Shown: one piece after another, positions 1 to 13,329 of the stretch
Numbering within the stretch: the first letter of the stretch is position 1
How the letters are laid out: each line of letters opens with the position of its first letter
NCBI GenBank assembly: GCA_951406725.2
Contig: OX597830.1
Location: forward strand, 36,394,001 to 36,458,000
Direction: 5' to 3'
Origin: Octopus vulgaris
Lineage: Eukaryota
Length of the DNA: 64,000 nucleotides
Notes under the pieces: generated by a model
The model's database searches: none
The model's input: the letters and a program-made list of their open reading frames with translations, nothing else
What the model was told of the DNA's origin: nothing
Translations under genes and position numbers: made by a program

Positions 1-96
1 GAACTTTCCTAAAAATGGTTAAACAAATGACAACTTAAAAAACATGATTCGTTTCTCAATACATATATATGTGCGCGCATATGAACTCACACATAC

Positions 97-156
<60 letters not shown>

Positions 157-481
157 CAATAAATGGTGGGGTTGTGTTGACCGCACGTGGAGAAATGATA
201 GGTAAGGAAGTGATAGGTATGGAAAATTTGGAAATTTTCCATACACCCATTTTCATTAAAATTTTCTTTCAATTTAGCATTCTGCCTTTTTAAAATTTTT
301 CCTTCCCTATATATATATATATATATATACATAGATACATATACATAGATACATATACGTGTGTGTGTACGTGTGTATGTGTACGTGTGTTTATGTATGT
401 GTGTGTATGTATGTGTGTTTATTATGTACGTGTGTATATATATGTGTATTTATATATACATACTCATATGCATATACATTC

Positions 482-523
<42 letters not shown>

Positions 524-561
524 GCATATAAACATTCATACATATTTACATACATACCTAG

Positions 562-608
<47 letters not shown>

Positions 609-609
609 T

Positions 610-644
<35 letters not shown>

Positions 645-653
645 TAGACAGAT

Positions 654-745
<92 letters not shown>

Positions 746-785
746 CTATCGCTATGTATGTAAATATGTATGAATGTTTATATGC

Positions 786-1600
786 ATCTAGCTTAAGGTG
801 ACCCGCTCTACGCGTGGGTAAGAGTGTGGTTGTTACTTTCTGTTGCTTCTTTCTGTGTTTATCAGCACATTCTCCCTCTTTGTTTCTCTCTCACTTTCCC
901 ACTCTCTTACTCTACCTTTCTCTCGGACTCTCCCTCGTTTTCTCTTACTCTCTATCTTTCTCTATCTATCTCTCTCCCATTTATAAACAACAAAAGATCT
1001 TGAGTAAGTTGAGAAATAAAATATTTTGAAAGATAAATCATAAATATCAGGCAGTGACAACGGAAAGGTCTGCTTCAAAGCAGACAGCAAAACACTAACA
1101 TTTAAAAGGGACAGACTAACTTGCGAGCTGAATAAAAAATTTTAAAATATTGGAAACCAAAGTTTGAAGGGATAGAATCTGAGGATAGTAGAGTCACCAT
1201 GGCTGGCATTTCTTAACGACAGACAGCAACGTAGTGGCAGTTTAACGGCTGGCGTAAAATTTTGAACTTGATGTAAAAAAAATTCCTAAACACCAAGTTT
1301 TGAAATGATTCTTTCTCACGACAGTAGACTCACCATGGCAAGCATTCAAAACTTCTTCATCATGGACGGCAACACATTGACGATTTAGAGGGTGGTGCAA
1401 ATTTTTTAGCTTGATGTAACAGAGAATTACTAAACACCCGCTCATGTAAATTTTAATCCCCTTCCAGCCCTATTTAGACCCCTTTTCACATTTTGGTTAA
1501 TATAACCCGATTTCATTCGGGTCTACTCAGGCCACATTTTATAAGATGAGGAATTTTGTCCTAGAGGTCACATCTTTCTTTGAGGAAAGAAATAGTTGCC
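786..1600. mobile_element. Possible non-autonomous Helitron-like relic containing a diverged ~140-bp tandem repeat
   Basis: Starts TCTAG..ACCCGC-TCTAC-GCGTGGGT (short hairpin after CTAG). AGTAGA(G/C)TCACCATGGC and CTTGATGTAA recur ~140 bp apart (CTTGATGTAA at 1267 and 1410). Confidence 0.3.
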
Positions 1601-2220
1601 ATGCAAACTCGCCAGCACTTTTAACATAGGTGTGCATATTTTCAGCTCAACCGACCACATAATGCACACATTACACACACATATATATATATATATACAT
1701 ACATACATATATATATATAATTACAGATATATACACTTTGTATATATACATTATATATACATATTTATATATAGAACACACACACATATAAATTAACCCA
1801 ATAAATATCTGATTCATAATATTTGTTCTCGTGATTGTGTGGTGGTGGTGGTGGTGGCGATGATAATTCTCTCTATGAATGCAGACAGACGTAGAGAGAG
1901 AGAGAGAGGATGTGGAAGAAATAGTGACAGCGCTGGCGATGCGGCGGGGGAAAGATAGTAGACGCTGTCAAACGACGTTATAGAGAGAAAGTGAAAGGAA
2001 GGGAGGAAAGAGAGAGAGACGGCCACGAATGACCCGTCGTTTTTTGTCTGTTCTTCTAATTGTTGTTTCTCCTGTCCGCCTTTGTATTGTCTATGTGTCC
2101 GAATGTTTTATTGTCCTCTATTGCATTTTTGTCCTATTTTATATCCTTCAAATGGATGTTAAACATCCAAGTCCGCCGGTTCAAGACCAGCAAAGAATGT
2201 ATTTTAAAAATTTATTTATT

Positions 2221-2269
2221 CAATATTGGTACAATATTGGTACAATATTGGTACAATATTGGTACAATA
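2221..2269. repeat. 11-bp tandem repeat (CAATATTGGTA)x4
   Basis: Direct reading; flanked by TTTATTTATT and AATAAATAAAT. Confidence 0.9.
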
Positions 2270-2347
2270 AATAAATAAATTATAAAGAAAGGACAAACTA
2301 TAAGCGCAGACGTTACTTTAATTCAAAGCTGGTACAAATCCAGTAAA

Positions 2348-2439
2348 GACTCTAAAAGTTGTTTCCAAGCCGAATTAATACAAAACAAAACGAAATATAA
2401 TCCTTTTGAAATCACAAATTCGGCTTTTCCTCAGGAATC
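2348..2439 (-). ncRNA. Decayed type-I hammerhead ribozyme
   Basis: Minus strand: GAUUC-CUGAGGA-A-AAGCCGAAUU...AAUUCGGCUU-G-GAAAC-AACUU-UUA-GAGUC. Stem II is a perfect 10 bp and stem I is 5 bp; stem III is damaged. Confidence 0.6.
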
Positions 2440-2715
2440 ATTATTGGAATGAATGGGTTCAACCAACGAAAATATAAAGACCTTCACAATAGCCCAGAAA
2501 GGAGCAAACAATTAAATTATGATAGAAAGAAATTAACCGAACGCCAGACTGATCAAAAACAGAAAAATATATAAATCCACTTCAGCGTTAAGTCAAGTAA
2601 CAATTCACAATATATGAATACTTGTTAACGACATTTGCAATTACCGTCTATACAAAACAAAAAGGAAAAAGACAACCCGCCTACAGGTAAGTAAATGAAA
2701 AAAAAATAAACAATA

Positions 2716-3140
2716 GGCGCAGGAGTGGCTGTGTGGTAAGTAGCTTGCTAACCAACCACATGGTTCCGGGTTCAGTCCCACTGCGTGGCATCTTGGGCAA
2801 GTGTCTTCTGCTATAGCCCCGGGCCGACCAATGCCTTGTGGGTGGATTTGGTAGACGGAAACTGAAAGAGGCCTGTCGTATATATGTATATATATATATG
2901 TGTGTGTGTGTGTGTTTGTGTGTCTGTGTTTGTCCCCCTAGCATTGCTTGACAACCGATGCTGGTGTGTTTACGTCCCCGTCACTTAGCGGTTCGGTAAA
3001 AGAGACCGATAGAATAAGTACTGGGCTTACAAAGAATAAGTCCCGGGGTCGATTTGCTCGACTAAAGGCGGTGCTCCAGCATGGCCGCAGTCAAATGACT
3101 GAAACAAGTAAAAGAGTAAAAGAGTAAAAGAATAAAAGAG
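2716..3140 (+). mobile_element. tRNA-derived SINE family A (GGAGTGGCTGTGTGG head, internal (TA)n(TG)n, AAAAGAGT tail), full length
   Basis: A-box TGGCTGTGTGG, B-box-like GGTTCAGTCCC; near-identical copies throughout the window. Confidence 0.9.
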
Positions 3141-3346
3141 TATTAACTAGTAAGAATTATAGAATTAACTAATTGAAAGATTAAAAAATCAAAAACCAAT
3201 ATATTATCCACTAAAACCTAATCAATGCAATAATTCAAAGTTAATATGATTTCAAACGAAAATAAAAGAAATTCTTTTATTTACAAATGCCTTCAATGTC
3301 GTCCTTCTTCAAATAAAACAGAGTACTTTCCCTTCTATATAAAAAA

Positions 3347-3377
<31 letters not shown>

Positions 3378-3559
3378 ACCAAAACTAGTGGAAAATAATT
3401 GCAGGAAAATTTTCCTTCCGTCTCACAATATCAGATAAACCTAAATTAAACCACTAAAAATTTTAAAATACGCGTGAGCGGACAAACGAAAGAAAAGGGC
3501 ACTCAACACATTTAATAGGATTTAAACATACACTCACGCACACGCAAACACACACACAC

Positions 3560-3600
<41 letters not shown>

Positions 3601-3614
3601 ATATACATATATGC

Positions 3615-3670
<56 letters not shown>

Positions 3671-3688
3671 GTGTATATATGTATGCAT

Positions 3689-3733
<45 letters not shown>

Positions 3734-3756
3734 TAGGTGTATGTGTGTGTGTGTGT

Positions 3757-3998
3757 GGAGACGCGTGGCTTAGTGTGGGTAGGGTGTCAGCACCATGATC
3801 GTAAGATTGTGGTTTCGATTCCTGGACCGGGCGACGCATTGTGTTTTTGAGCAAAACACTTCATTTCACGTTGCTCTGGTCCACTCAGCTGGCAAAAAGG
3901 AGTAACGCTGCGATGAACTGGCGTCCCATCCAGCTGGGGAATACATACGCCATAGAAACCGGGAAACCGGGCCCATGAGCCTGGCTAGACTTTAAAAA

Positions 3999-4000
<2 letters not shown>
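3757..4000 (+). mobile_element. tRNA-derived SINE family B (GGCGCGTGGCTTAGTGG-type head)
   Basis: A/B boxes, TTGTGTTTTTGAGCAAAACACTT core, CCACTCAGCTG; multiple copies in the window. Confidence 0.85.
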
Positions 4001-4065
<65 letters not shown>

Positions 4066-4067
<2 letters not shown>

Positions 4068-4182
4068 GTCTTCTGTTGCCGTCAGCTAAGTCCACTCACA
4101 AGGCTTCGGTTGGGCCGAGGCTATAGTTGAAGACACTTTCCCAAAGTGCCGCGCAATGAGACTGAACCTGTGGTTGGGAAGC
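4066..4182 (-). mobile_element. SINE family A fragment
   Basis: Reverse complement of the head/core of 2716-3140. Confidence 0.75.
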
Positions 4183-4700
4183 CAGTATATATAGATGTAT
4201 AATAATTTCATCCTTCCTGACTATATAAGGTAAGTACCAGTAAAATTCCAACGTCAATTGAACCGATTGTACATTCTCTTAAAATATATGAACAAGTAAC
4301 TGCCAGACTTACAGATCAATAATCCTTATCAATACTGTCGCAGCGTCGAAGATTCTGTTAATTGCATCTCCAGACATTTCTTTTTTTATAATTACAGTTA
4401 GAGATCAAAGGGTAAAAACGAAGTTTCGTTTTTATTTCCAGAATACAAAAATAAATTGCAACTGAGAGGCGTCAACCGTTTCAACGAAGTAATCTGTTTA
4501 TTAACTTAGATTTCTGTTGGTGATTCGTCACTTATTAAATGTTGAATAATAACATTTCATTGGAAAATCAGAAAATCAGTGAAATTTCAATTCAATACTA
4601 TAAATGTCGCGGCAAATGAAAGGACAGAGTATTATAAGATAAAAAAAATCACTGGAAATAACATTGACTGTGTACATAGTCCAAACATGCAACTACGAAA

Positions 4701-4774
<74 letters not shown>

Positions 4775-4793
4775 GAGAAGTACACAAGTGAGG

Positions 4794-4887
4794 TTCAAAA
4801 CTCACAACAGCTGTTTCGGTAACGTTTTATTGATGTACTTTTAGATTACACCATGGCAAAACCCGCCATCGTCAGGTAAATTTTAAA
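4794..4887 (-). ncRNA. Type-I hammerhead ribozyme with intact core
   Basis: UUUAAAAUUUAC-CUGACGA-U-GGCGGGUUUU...AAAACGUUACC-GAAAC-AGCU-GUU-GUGAGUUUUGAA. Stem I is 12 bp (3 GU); stem III is palindromic ACAGCUGU. Lies between (ATAG)n and (TA)n. Confidence 0.8.
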
Positions 4888-4915
4888 CATATAAATAGGT
4901 AATATAGAAGTAGAT

Positions 4916-4984
<69 letters not shown>

Positions 4985-4993
4985 GAAATAAGG

Positions 4994-5164
4994 TATTCAG
5001 AAATCTGGATGTTTTTATATTTACAGATTTTTATTAATATGTCACATGTTTTTATAAATCATATAGAATCCACTAGAATGGATGCAGGCGCTAATATATG
5101 ATTTATAAAAACAAGTGACATATTAATAAAAATCTGTAAATATAAAACCATCCAGATTTCTGAG

Positions 5165-5166
<2 letters not shown>
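4994..5166. repeat. Foldback inverted repeat, ~72-bp arms and ~29-nt loop, between (TA)n tracts
   Basis: 4994-5065 is the reverse complement of 5095-5166 with about 3 mismatches. Confidence 0.9.
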
Positions 5167-5196
<30 letters not shown>

Positions 5197-5269
5197 TAAT
5201 TTGCGACTATTTTTATGGGTATAGCGATAAAAAAAAGAAAAACTGAGAAGGAATTTTGATAATGATCGA

Positions 5270-5834
5270 GGCATTAGTTAAATCTTACAGTTGAGTTTCG
5301 TCTAAGGGCAACAATAGGCCAATGAGGAAATATTTCTTTAAAACGAAGATATATTTTTGTGAAATAACTGTCGTGCAACACTTTTGAAATGCCAGCGAAA
5401 TTTCGATTCCAGTTAATAAGAAAAGGAGTTCGGCCAGAATTTTTACTTTGTTATAATTAGGCGTGAAAGTTAATTTTAGCTGTGTCATTGGCAATTTTCT
5501 TCATTCCCAATTCACTATAACCTCGTTTGACGTAAAGGCGCACAAAATCACTTGCATGTTTCCAGTAATCTTCTATGTCAATACAAATCCGTTTTATTCT
5601 CAATTACTTTGGTTTTGATTTAATCGCATGGTGTAGATGATCGGAGCTGCGGTGAAGATAAATGTGGGATGACGTGGGTTTGCAAAATAACTCTATTGCT
5701 ATGCTGCCTTTTGAAAACAACTCTCGTTTGCAAAAAGTCGAGTGTTTTGAAAAAGTGGACAAGAAATTTATATTGGGCTTAAAATCCAAAGATTTGTGCG
5801 AAGTTGTCACAAAATGCCAAATCCGAAATCCCAA
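5270..5834 (-). mobile_element. Penelope-like element ORF relic (RT C-terminus, thumb, linker)
   Basis: Frameshifted minus-strand peptides INFL...KGSIAIELFCKPTSSHIYLHRSSDHLHHAIKS / LRIKRICIDIEDYWKHASDFVRLYVKRGYS / GRTPFLINW...FKEIFPHWPIVALRRN match the PLE motifs FLD, KPT..H.YL...S.HP, LR..RIC, RGY and P.VAFRR. Confidence 0.8.
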
Positions 5835-5855
5835 TTTTTGAGAATGAAACGGATT

Positions 5856-5978
5856 ACTTGAAACATACGAGTAAGATTATATATTACTTACATTGCTTAA
5901 CTGGAGATGAATCCATGTATCTTAAAAACTTGTGTATATATATAATTATACACACGTATCTTACTTTCATCAGCAAGT
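5856..5978 (-). ncRNA. Decayed hammerhead in the PLE-associated terminal repeat
   Basis: ACUUG-CUGAUGA-A-AGUAAGAU...AUCUUACU-(cguauguuu; GAAAC destroyed)-CAAGU. Stems I and II are intact; same strand as, and adjacent to, the PLE ORF. Confidence 0.55.
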
Positions 5979-6720
5979 GGTATAGTAACCAGTTTGAAAG
6001 TGTTTATAGCTTTGGAATAAGCTGGTTTTAACGCAGTTTTTAACGCAGTTTTTCAATCTATCGAAATCTACCAGAACAAGCAGAAATCTCGTGAAGACTG
6101 ACATACGATCTGATAATGTATAAAAATCTATACAGTTAAACCTGCTTAACCTACACAATTAAATATTGATGATAGAATTCAAAAGCGGACAATAATACGA
6201 TGAGAATATTTCTTCATGCAAAACTTAAGCAAACGGTTTAATGCGATCTAAAGAACTGAAATCTCTGAGCAATAATTTATAAATATGTACGAAAATGCTT
6301 TGAACAAAATGACATGTTGAAATAAATCAAAGTGAAGATATTATAATAAGCATAGATATTCAATATATATATATGCTTTCCTTGAATTTGGATCTATGTT
6401 TCTGGAGAAATGTGGATATAAAATTATATACACATAATTCGCCTTCATCAAGAGATGATAGAGTGTTAGGTATAAGACCGTTATTGGCTTTCGTACACGC
6501 TCGTGTTGCCATAACCTCGCGTGTGTATAAGCATGAGAGTGTATATAAGGAGTATACACGTGCATGTGTGTGTGGGGGGGGTGCGTGTTTATAAATATAT
6601 GTGCTTACATATAGGTATATATAATTATATATATATATGTATATAAGTATATAAATACATATATATATACATATATGTATATATATATATAGAAATATAC
6701 ATATGCATATATATATATAT

Positions 6721-6933
6721 ACTTTATTTAAAGCGGCAGAAAATTAACAAACTTTATTTCGAGTTTCGCGTTGCCGTTCATCGGACAGTTTTTGTCCGAT
6801 GAACGGCAACGCGAAACTCAGAGTAACAGGTTTTGTTGAATTTTCTGCTGCTTTAAATAAAGCATATTACTCTACCACTGGTATTTGAGTACTCTTTTTT
6901 CCACCTTGTTTCACATTTATGTGTTTACTCCGG
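6721..6933. mobile_element. (TA)n-inserted foldback element bearing a hammerhead
   Basis: Perfect 27-bp inverted repeat 6761-6787/6793-6819 within longer imperfect arms; same family as 57155-57328. Confidence 0.8.
6793..6828 (+). ncRNA. Minimal type-I hammerhead, CCGAUGA core variant
   Basis: UGU-CCGAUGA-ACG GCAA CGC-GAAAC-UCAGA-GUA-ACA. Confidence 0.7.
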
Positions 6934-7230
6934 TATATATATATATATATATATATATATGCGTGTACATCTCAGTCTCTCTCTACCACCACCAACGCTG
7001 ACATACCGACCCCCGTACTATACAGCTCAATCTCTATCACAAACCACCCGAACGACAAACTAATGCTGATGACGTCATACAATATCCTGTCACTGTTGAA
7101 GACAATACACTACTGTGAGCTACGACAACGAGATTATTACCCAGTTTTTTCAACCAATTAGGTCTGCCTTTTCTCTCCCTTTATATATTTACATGCAAGC
7201 ATAACACGGAAGATATATATATATTATATA

Positions 7231-7297
<67 letters not shown>

Positions 7298-7534
7298 TTA
7301 TAGCATGTACGTATGTATTTATACACTTATATATATATATATATATGTGTACATATATGCTTCCCTGATGTAAAAACATTTTTACACGCAACGTATATGT
7401 ACATGCATCTGTGTTTTATATATGTGTTTATATTTATGTATAAGCATATATATGTGTGAGTGTGCGTATATGTGCATTTGTGTGTACACATAAAGAATGC
7501 ATAAATATATGCGTATATAAATGCTTAGATCTAG

Positions 7535-7679
<145 letters not shown>

Positions 7680-8362
7680 TATATATATTTACACATATAT
7701 ATATATATGTATGTATGTATATATGCGTATAAATATAGATAAAGAGCGAGATAGACAGATATATATTGCGTAAAATATATGCATGCATACATAACGTATA
7801 TGCATACCTAAATGCATATATAAATGTTATGAAACACCTTCCTATTTCTCCACTCCTATTCTACCTTCACATCCTTTCTCCTTGTCTCTTCATCGTTGTT
7901 GCCGTCATATTTCTTCCTCTTTCATTTCTTAAATGTAATATCGGTGTTTTTTAAAAAAAATAAAAAGAAAAAGATAGATTTTTGAAGCAAATTACAGGTT
8001 GATATTCAACTATATTACATTATAAATTCTTACAATATCCTGCTAAAAATGAAGAAGGGAGAATTGCAAATATTTGTCAGACAAATTCCTTCAACTAAAT
8101 ACCACCCACTAGCACCGTTTGGCACGCTTTTTATTTCTTCGTTTTCCATCCCATTTTATCACGATGTTTTATTTTTACTTTCTTCTTAAAAGCTGCAAAT
8201 GATGTACGTCTAAAAATGGCGCAATCTATTATGTAAGAAGTTTAAGTAATTCCTCTATCTACCCCTCTCTTCAACATCCACCTTCGCCATTCTTTTCACT
8301 AAACTCTTACACTTTATTCCGGTTTTGAAACATTATAAATTAACACGTTTTCGTAAGACACG

Positions 8363-8431
<69 letters not shown>

Positions 8432-9069
8432 TGTACATACATGCATGTCTGTGTGCATATATATATATGCTTGTAAATATATTTGCATATATGCACATTA
8501 TTTCTATATGTGTATATAGACAAATGCATATACATATATGCGTATATGTAAACATAAATATAGATATATATAAACACACTATAACATATAGACACATATA
8601 TATATACATATATATATGTATATGTTTACAAACTTATATATACACACAAACAAACACGCAAACATATATTCACACACATTTTTAGATACATAAACTCAAA
8701 CATCTATGCATAAATTCATATATACATATGTACATACATTCATAAATACATACATACTTACGCACATATGTATACACATATAGATAGAAAATTTCATTCA
8801 GTAACATAGAAGAACGTTGCTTGACATTTTTGAATAAGCTCTATAGTAAACGCATTCTTCAATAAAGTGTGGACAAATCAAATTGCCTTTATGCATCCAA
8901 GCTTTTTTATATATATATTTTTTTTCTATTTCACCAGCAAAAAGCAACTTGACCTTAAGAAAATATATGTATTGTTACGTCCATAAGTGTGATGATAAGC
9001 ATTATATTCATGTATGTGTGTGTGTGCACGCGTGCATATGCGTATGAAAGTATGAATAGATAGTTAGAT

Positions 9070-9142
<73 letters not shown>

Positions 9143-9146
<4 letters not shown>

Positions 9147-9251
9147 CATGATCACCGTGACCGACCAGGCTATCAGATGTTGCTACACATCGCTGGTCAC
9201 CATGCGCTTCGCATTGTTTTAGCCTTCAAATGACGTCACCCCGCTGGCTAA

Positions 9252-9253
<2 letters not shown>
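9143..9253 (-). mobile_element. Probable SINE 3' fragment between (TA)n tracts
   Basis: Short GC-richer block flanked by TA arrays; no second copy in the window, so family and strand are tentative. Confidence 0.35.
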
Positions 9254-9301
<48 letters not shown>

Positions 9302-9365
9302 TAGTTATTATAGAAATAATGATGTTGGTATTTATGTTGATGGTTGTGAAAGTGGTGATAGAATG

Positions 9366-9407
<42 letters not shown>

Positions 9408-9543
9408 GCTCGAGGGATGGTGGAATTTGAAAGTTGTAAAAGTATGTATATGTACATACATATAAATATGTGCGGGTGGTGGGGAGGTGCTTGTGTGAGT
9501 GTAAATAGATAGACAGACAGACAAACAGACAGACAAATAAATT

Positions 9544-9649
<106 letters not shown>

Positions 9650-9928
9650 CGATGTGACAAACTTCGACTGTCATTCTGTCAATTACTGTTAACCCAACAA
9701 TACCCCACTTATATTTCTTATTTCGTATTTATAGAAAGCTAGATGGATGGATAGATAGATAAGATTTATATTGTTTTACTTCAATGTTTAATTTGGATTC
9801 CTCTACAAAATTAATGATTGGCTCAACTGTATTATGTAACAACAGAAATGCCTGTATATAAAAAGAAACACCGAGACATCAATAATAATAATGCTTCTTT
9901 TAGGTTTAAGTGCTTTAATGTGTTTCAT

Positions 9929-10194
9929 TGATCCTTTCGCTGAAGATATTTCTAATAATATAACGCTAGCTATGTGTTTCAATCAATTTTGAAAATAATC
10001 AAAAATTTTGGTGAGATTTTGTAAGATAACTCTTTCATTATGTATCTTTATTAACTTAACAAATTATTCTTATATATATAAAATTATGGCAGCTGGCTTT
10101 ACGTTTAATTTAAATATGAACAGTTTAAAGCGATGGGTTAGGTATTATAGAACAAAAGGAGGTCTCAGGCGAGTTGGTATTAGAAGGGTTATTA
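9929..10194. mobile_element. Decayed MITE with (T)TAACCCTT-type ends (piggyBac-like)
   Basis: Left TGATCCTTTCG, right AGAAGGGTTA; AT-rich interior. Confidence 0.45.
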
Positions 10195-10204
10195 ATCATT
10201 TTTA

Positions 10205-10560
10205 AGAAATGACGAAACTTCATAAAATTTCTTCAAGTAAACGAGCTTCACTTGAAGTTATTGAATTCCTGATGCTAAACAATCATTACAAAAGCTGCGA
10301 AGGTGAATGACCATTAGAAATTGGAAGCCGACAATTTCACTAGATGTAGACGTTTGATAACGAATTATTGCATACCTTTGTTTTTGTGCATGATGTTTGC
10401 CGTACAAAAGTCATAGATAGATAACAAAAAGATCTAGAAAGCAAGATAATTGAAGAAACAAACGGATTTATTAAAATTGAACTCAGTATGGCTATTGATA
10501 ATTTAAGACGAAGTATTAAACTGGCTAATAAGAGGTAAGAAAAGGAAGCTTGATTGAAAA
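10205..10560 (+). mobile_element. Tc1/mariner transposase C-terminal relic
   Basis: SLEVIEFL...KDLESKIIEETNGFIKIELSMAIDNLRRSIKLANKR resembles the Tc1/mariner C-terminal helix region; many stops. Confidence 0.45.
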
Positions 10561-10712
10561 TGTTATAATAAACCCCATAACGATATTGTTGCTTTAATAA
10601 TAGTTTAGAGTTATATATTATCGGTTTAAGTTCAACAGCTAATTAAATTATTGCAATCATTTTAACAAAGTTTACAAAGTATCACTCCTAAACGCGTGAA
10701 TATATATATATA

Positions 10713-10744
<32 letters not shown>

Positions 10745-10791
10745 GTATGTATATAATATATATATATATGTATATATATAATATATGTATA

Positions 10792-10862
<71 letters not shown>

Positions 10863-10939
10863 ATGTATATATATTTAGAGAGAGAGAGAAAGAGATGGAC
10901 AGATAGATTGAGATATATATATATATATATATAATATGC

Positions 10940-10981
<42 letters not shown>

Positions 10982-11413
10982 AAATTTGGTCCAATTTTCA
11001 AGAGATCAAATCTAACAGAACCCGATACAAATTATAAAATGAGTGCAGAACAAATATTTGCAACGCATTTTTATAACTTTGCTAAGAAACTATTCTTCCT
11101 TCCTTCTCGGGATCACCGTTATGCTTATTATATGATTGGAACGCAACATAATTATTTCAAATACATTTATTTCAAACGATTCCAAGATATTTGTACTAGA
11201 TTCATACCATATGCGAATAAATATTCCAGTTTCAATTTGCAAGGACAGAACAAACAAATATATCATATTTCTACATATGAATACGACATTACGAAGAGAA
11301 AATAAAAGAGTTAAGACGGTAACGTCAATTTGACAAAGGAAGAAATAACAGAGTAAACATCTGACGTGCGGTTCGGCGTCATAACATACTTATGTTATAC
11401 GCACGTGTATGCT

Positions 11414-11492
<79 letters not shown>

Positions 11493-11510
11493 AGAGAGAG
11501 AGAGAGAGAG

Positions 11511-11551
<41 letters not shown>

Positions 11552-11814
11552 CACACACGCTCATATTTCTGTGTGCGTGTATGTGTGTATTGTGTGTACG
11601 TATATAAATACGCGAATAAATAAATATAAACTTCTATACATTAAACATCCATAAATCGGAAAATAAATATTACGGCCGCAAAATTACTTTACATTCCAAA
11701 AGGAAACGTAATCACACACACATACACACGTGTGAATGTGTGTGTGTACACTTATATAATTATGTGTGTGCGCATATATGTATATATATGTGTGCGTGTG
11801 TATGTATACACATA

Positions 11815-11878
<64 letters not shown>

Positions 11879-12452
11879 CATATATAATGCACTTATAAAT
11901 TACATGTATGTGCGTATTTTTGCATGTATGTATATAAGCATACATATATTAACCCACACAAACTACACATCTTAGGTTTCTTTGAGGAAAGCAAAACCCG
12001 ACCTAAACGACTGAATATAAATATTCATATGCTTCCACGCTCCCACACATTTCATGTATATATATATAATATATATATTGTATGTATATATACCTACATA
12101 TATAAACACCTCCATGTATAAATTATTTATTTATATTCAGACTATACTAATGCAATCCTAAAGCCATGTAATCATGTCTTCAGATCTGTAATTACAAATA
12201 CCTTTAGACCCATATGCTATAGCATACTTACAATATCTATGCACACCTATATTAATATATATTCTCTCATACACTTACACATACACATACACATATACAC
12301 ACACGTACGTACAGATAGGCGCACACATATACATATACATAGGTAGAGAAAGAGATACTTAAATACGCACAAACACCTTATATATACATACAAATGCAAA
12401 CACACACATGCGCTTACACATTTATGAATGTACAATTAGAAATAAATGTATG

Positions 12453-12497
<45 letters not shown>

Positions 12498-12514
12498 TAT
12501 ATATACAATGTATA

Positions 12515-12599
<85 letters not shown>

Positions 12600-12614
12600 T
12601 CATATATATTAAAA

Positions 12615-13132
12615 AAAATCTTTTTTCGAAAAAATGTTATCCTACATTAAATATAAATTCAGTAGTGTTCCGGACACTCTCACTCTGTGGGAGTCTCAGT
12701 TCAAATTGCCCGTGTCTTGAATGGGCTGGAGTATTTCTATTTTGGATGTATTTGGGGTATTTAGTTGTGCTCATGACTTAGTGTTTGCTCCTTCCATGGG
12801 TATGAGTAAGTATCTCATTTATTTCTTTGCCACATTTATCACTGACGAAGGGAGGGTTCTTACGAACTAACCCTGAAATCGGTCCGATATGGTAATAATG
12901 GAATTTTTTAGAAATTTCTGCCGACCTTTTTTCGAGTAGCGTGCGCGTATTGTGAAAAATTATATGGTTATTGACAATAGTTCCAATTTCGGCATATTCG
13001 GCATTAGAAATTTTTTCGTTTGCCCTTATTTATAAGTTGATTATAATTTTAACCTTTAAAGGTATTTTTTAATATGCTGGCCATTGATAAAATCTTTTTT
13101 CGAAAAAATGTTATCCTACATTAAATATAAAT
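12615..13132 (+). mobile_element. Retrozyme-like unit: 474-bp monomer with 44-bp terminal redundancy and a 14-bp TSD
   Basis: AAAATCTTTTTTCGAAAAAATGTTATCCTACATTAAATATAAAT at 12615 and 13089; ATACTCATATATAT at 12596-12609 and 13131-13144; internal HHR. Confidence 0.8.
12828..12894 (+). ncRNA. Type-I hammerhead ribozyme
   Basis: AUCA-CUGACGA-AGGG..GUUC UUAC GAAC..CCCU-GAAAU-CG-GUC-CGAU, with distal stem I UGCCA/UGGUA. The two departures from AUCG and GAAACCGGUC are transitions. Confidence 0.75.
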
Positions 13133-13329
13133 ACTCATATATATATATTCATATGTATGGGTATGCCTATTTTATGTATATATGTGTATATACATATATA
13201 TATAAATGCATATATACATGCATACATAACGGTATACTTGTGTACATTTCATAATCCGAATACGTGCCGTTACTTCAAGAAAATATCCGTATCAGATAAT
13301 TTACATCATTTTAAACAAAAAAAAATTAA

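Noticed and set aside
5840-6330. hAT-like transposase on the plus strand
   Set aside because: Only a vague KRF-like match; the adjacent minus-strand sequence is better explained as a Penelope-like element.
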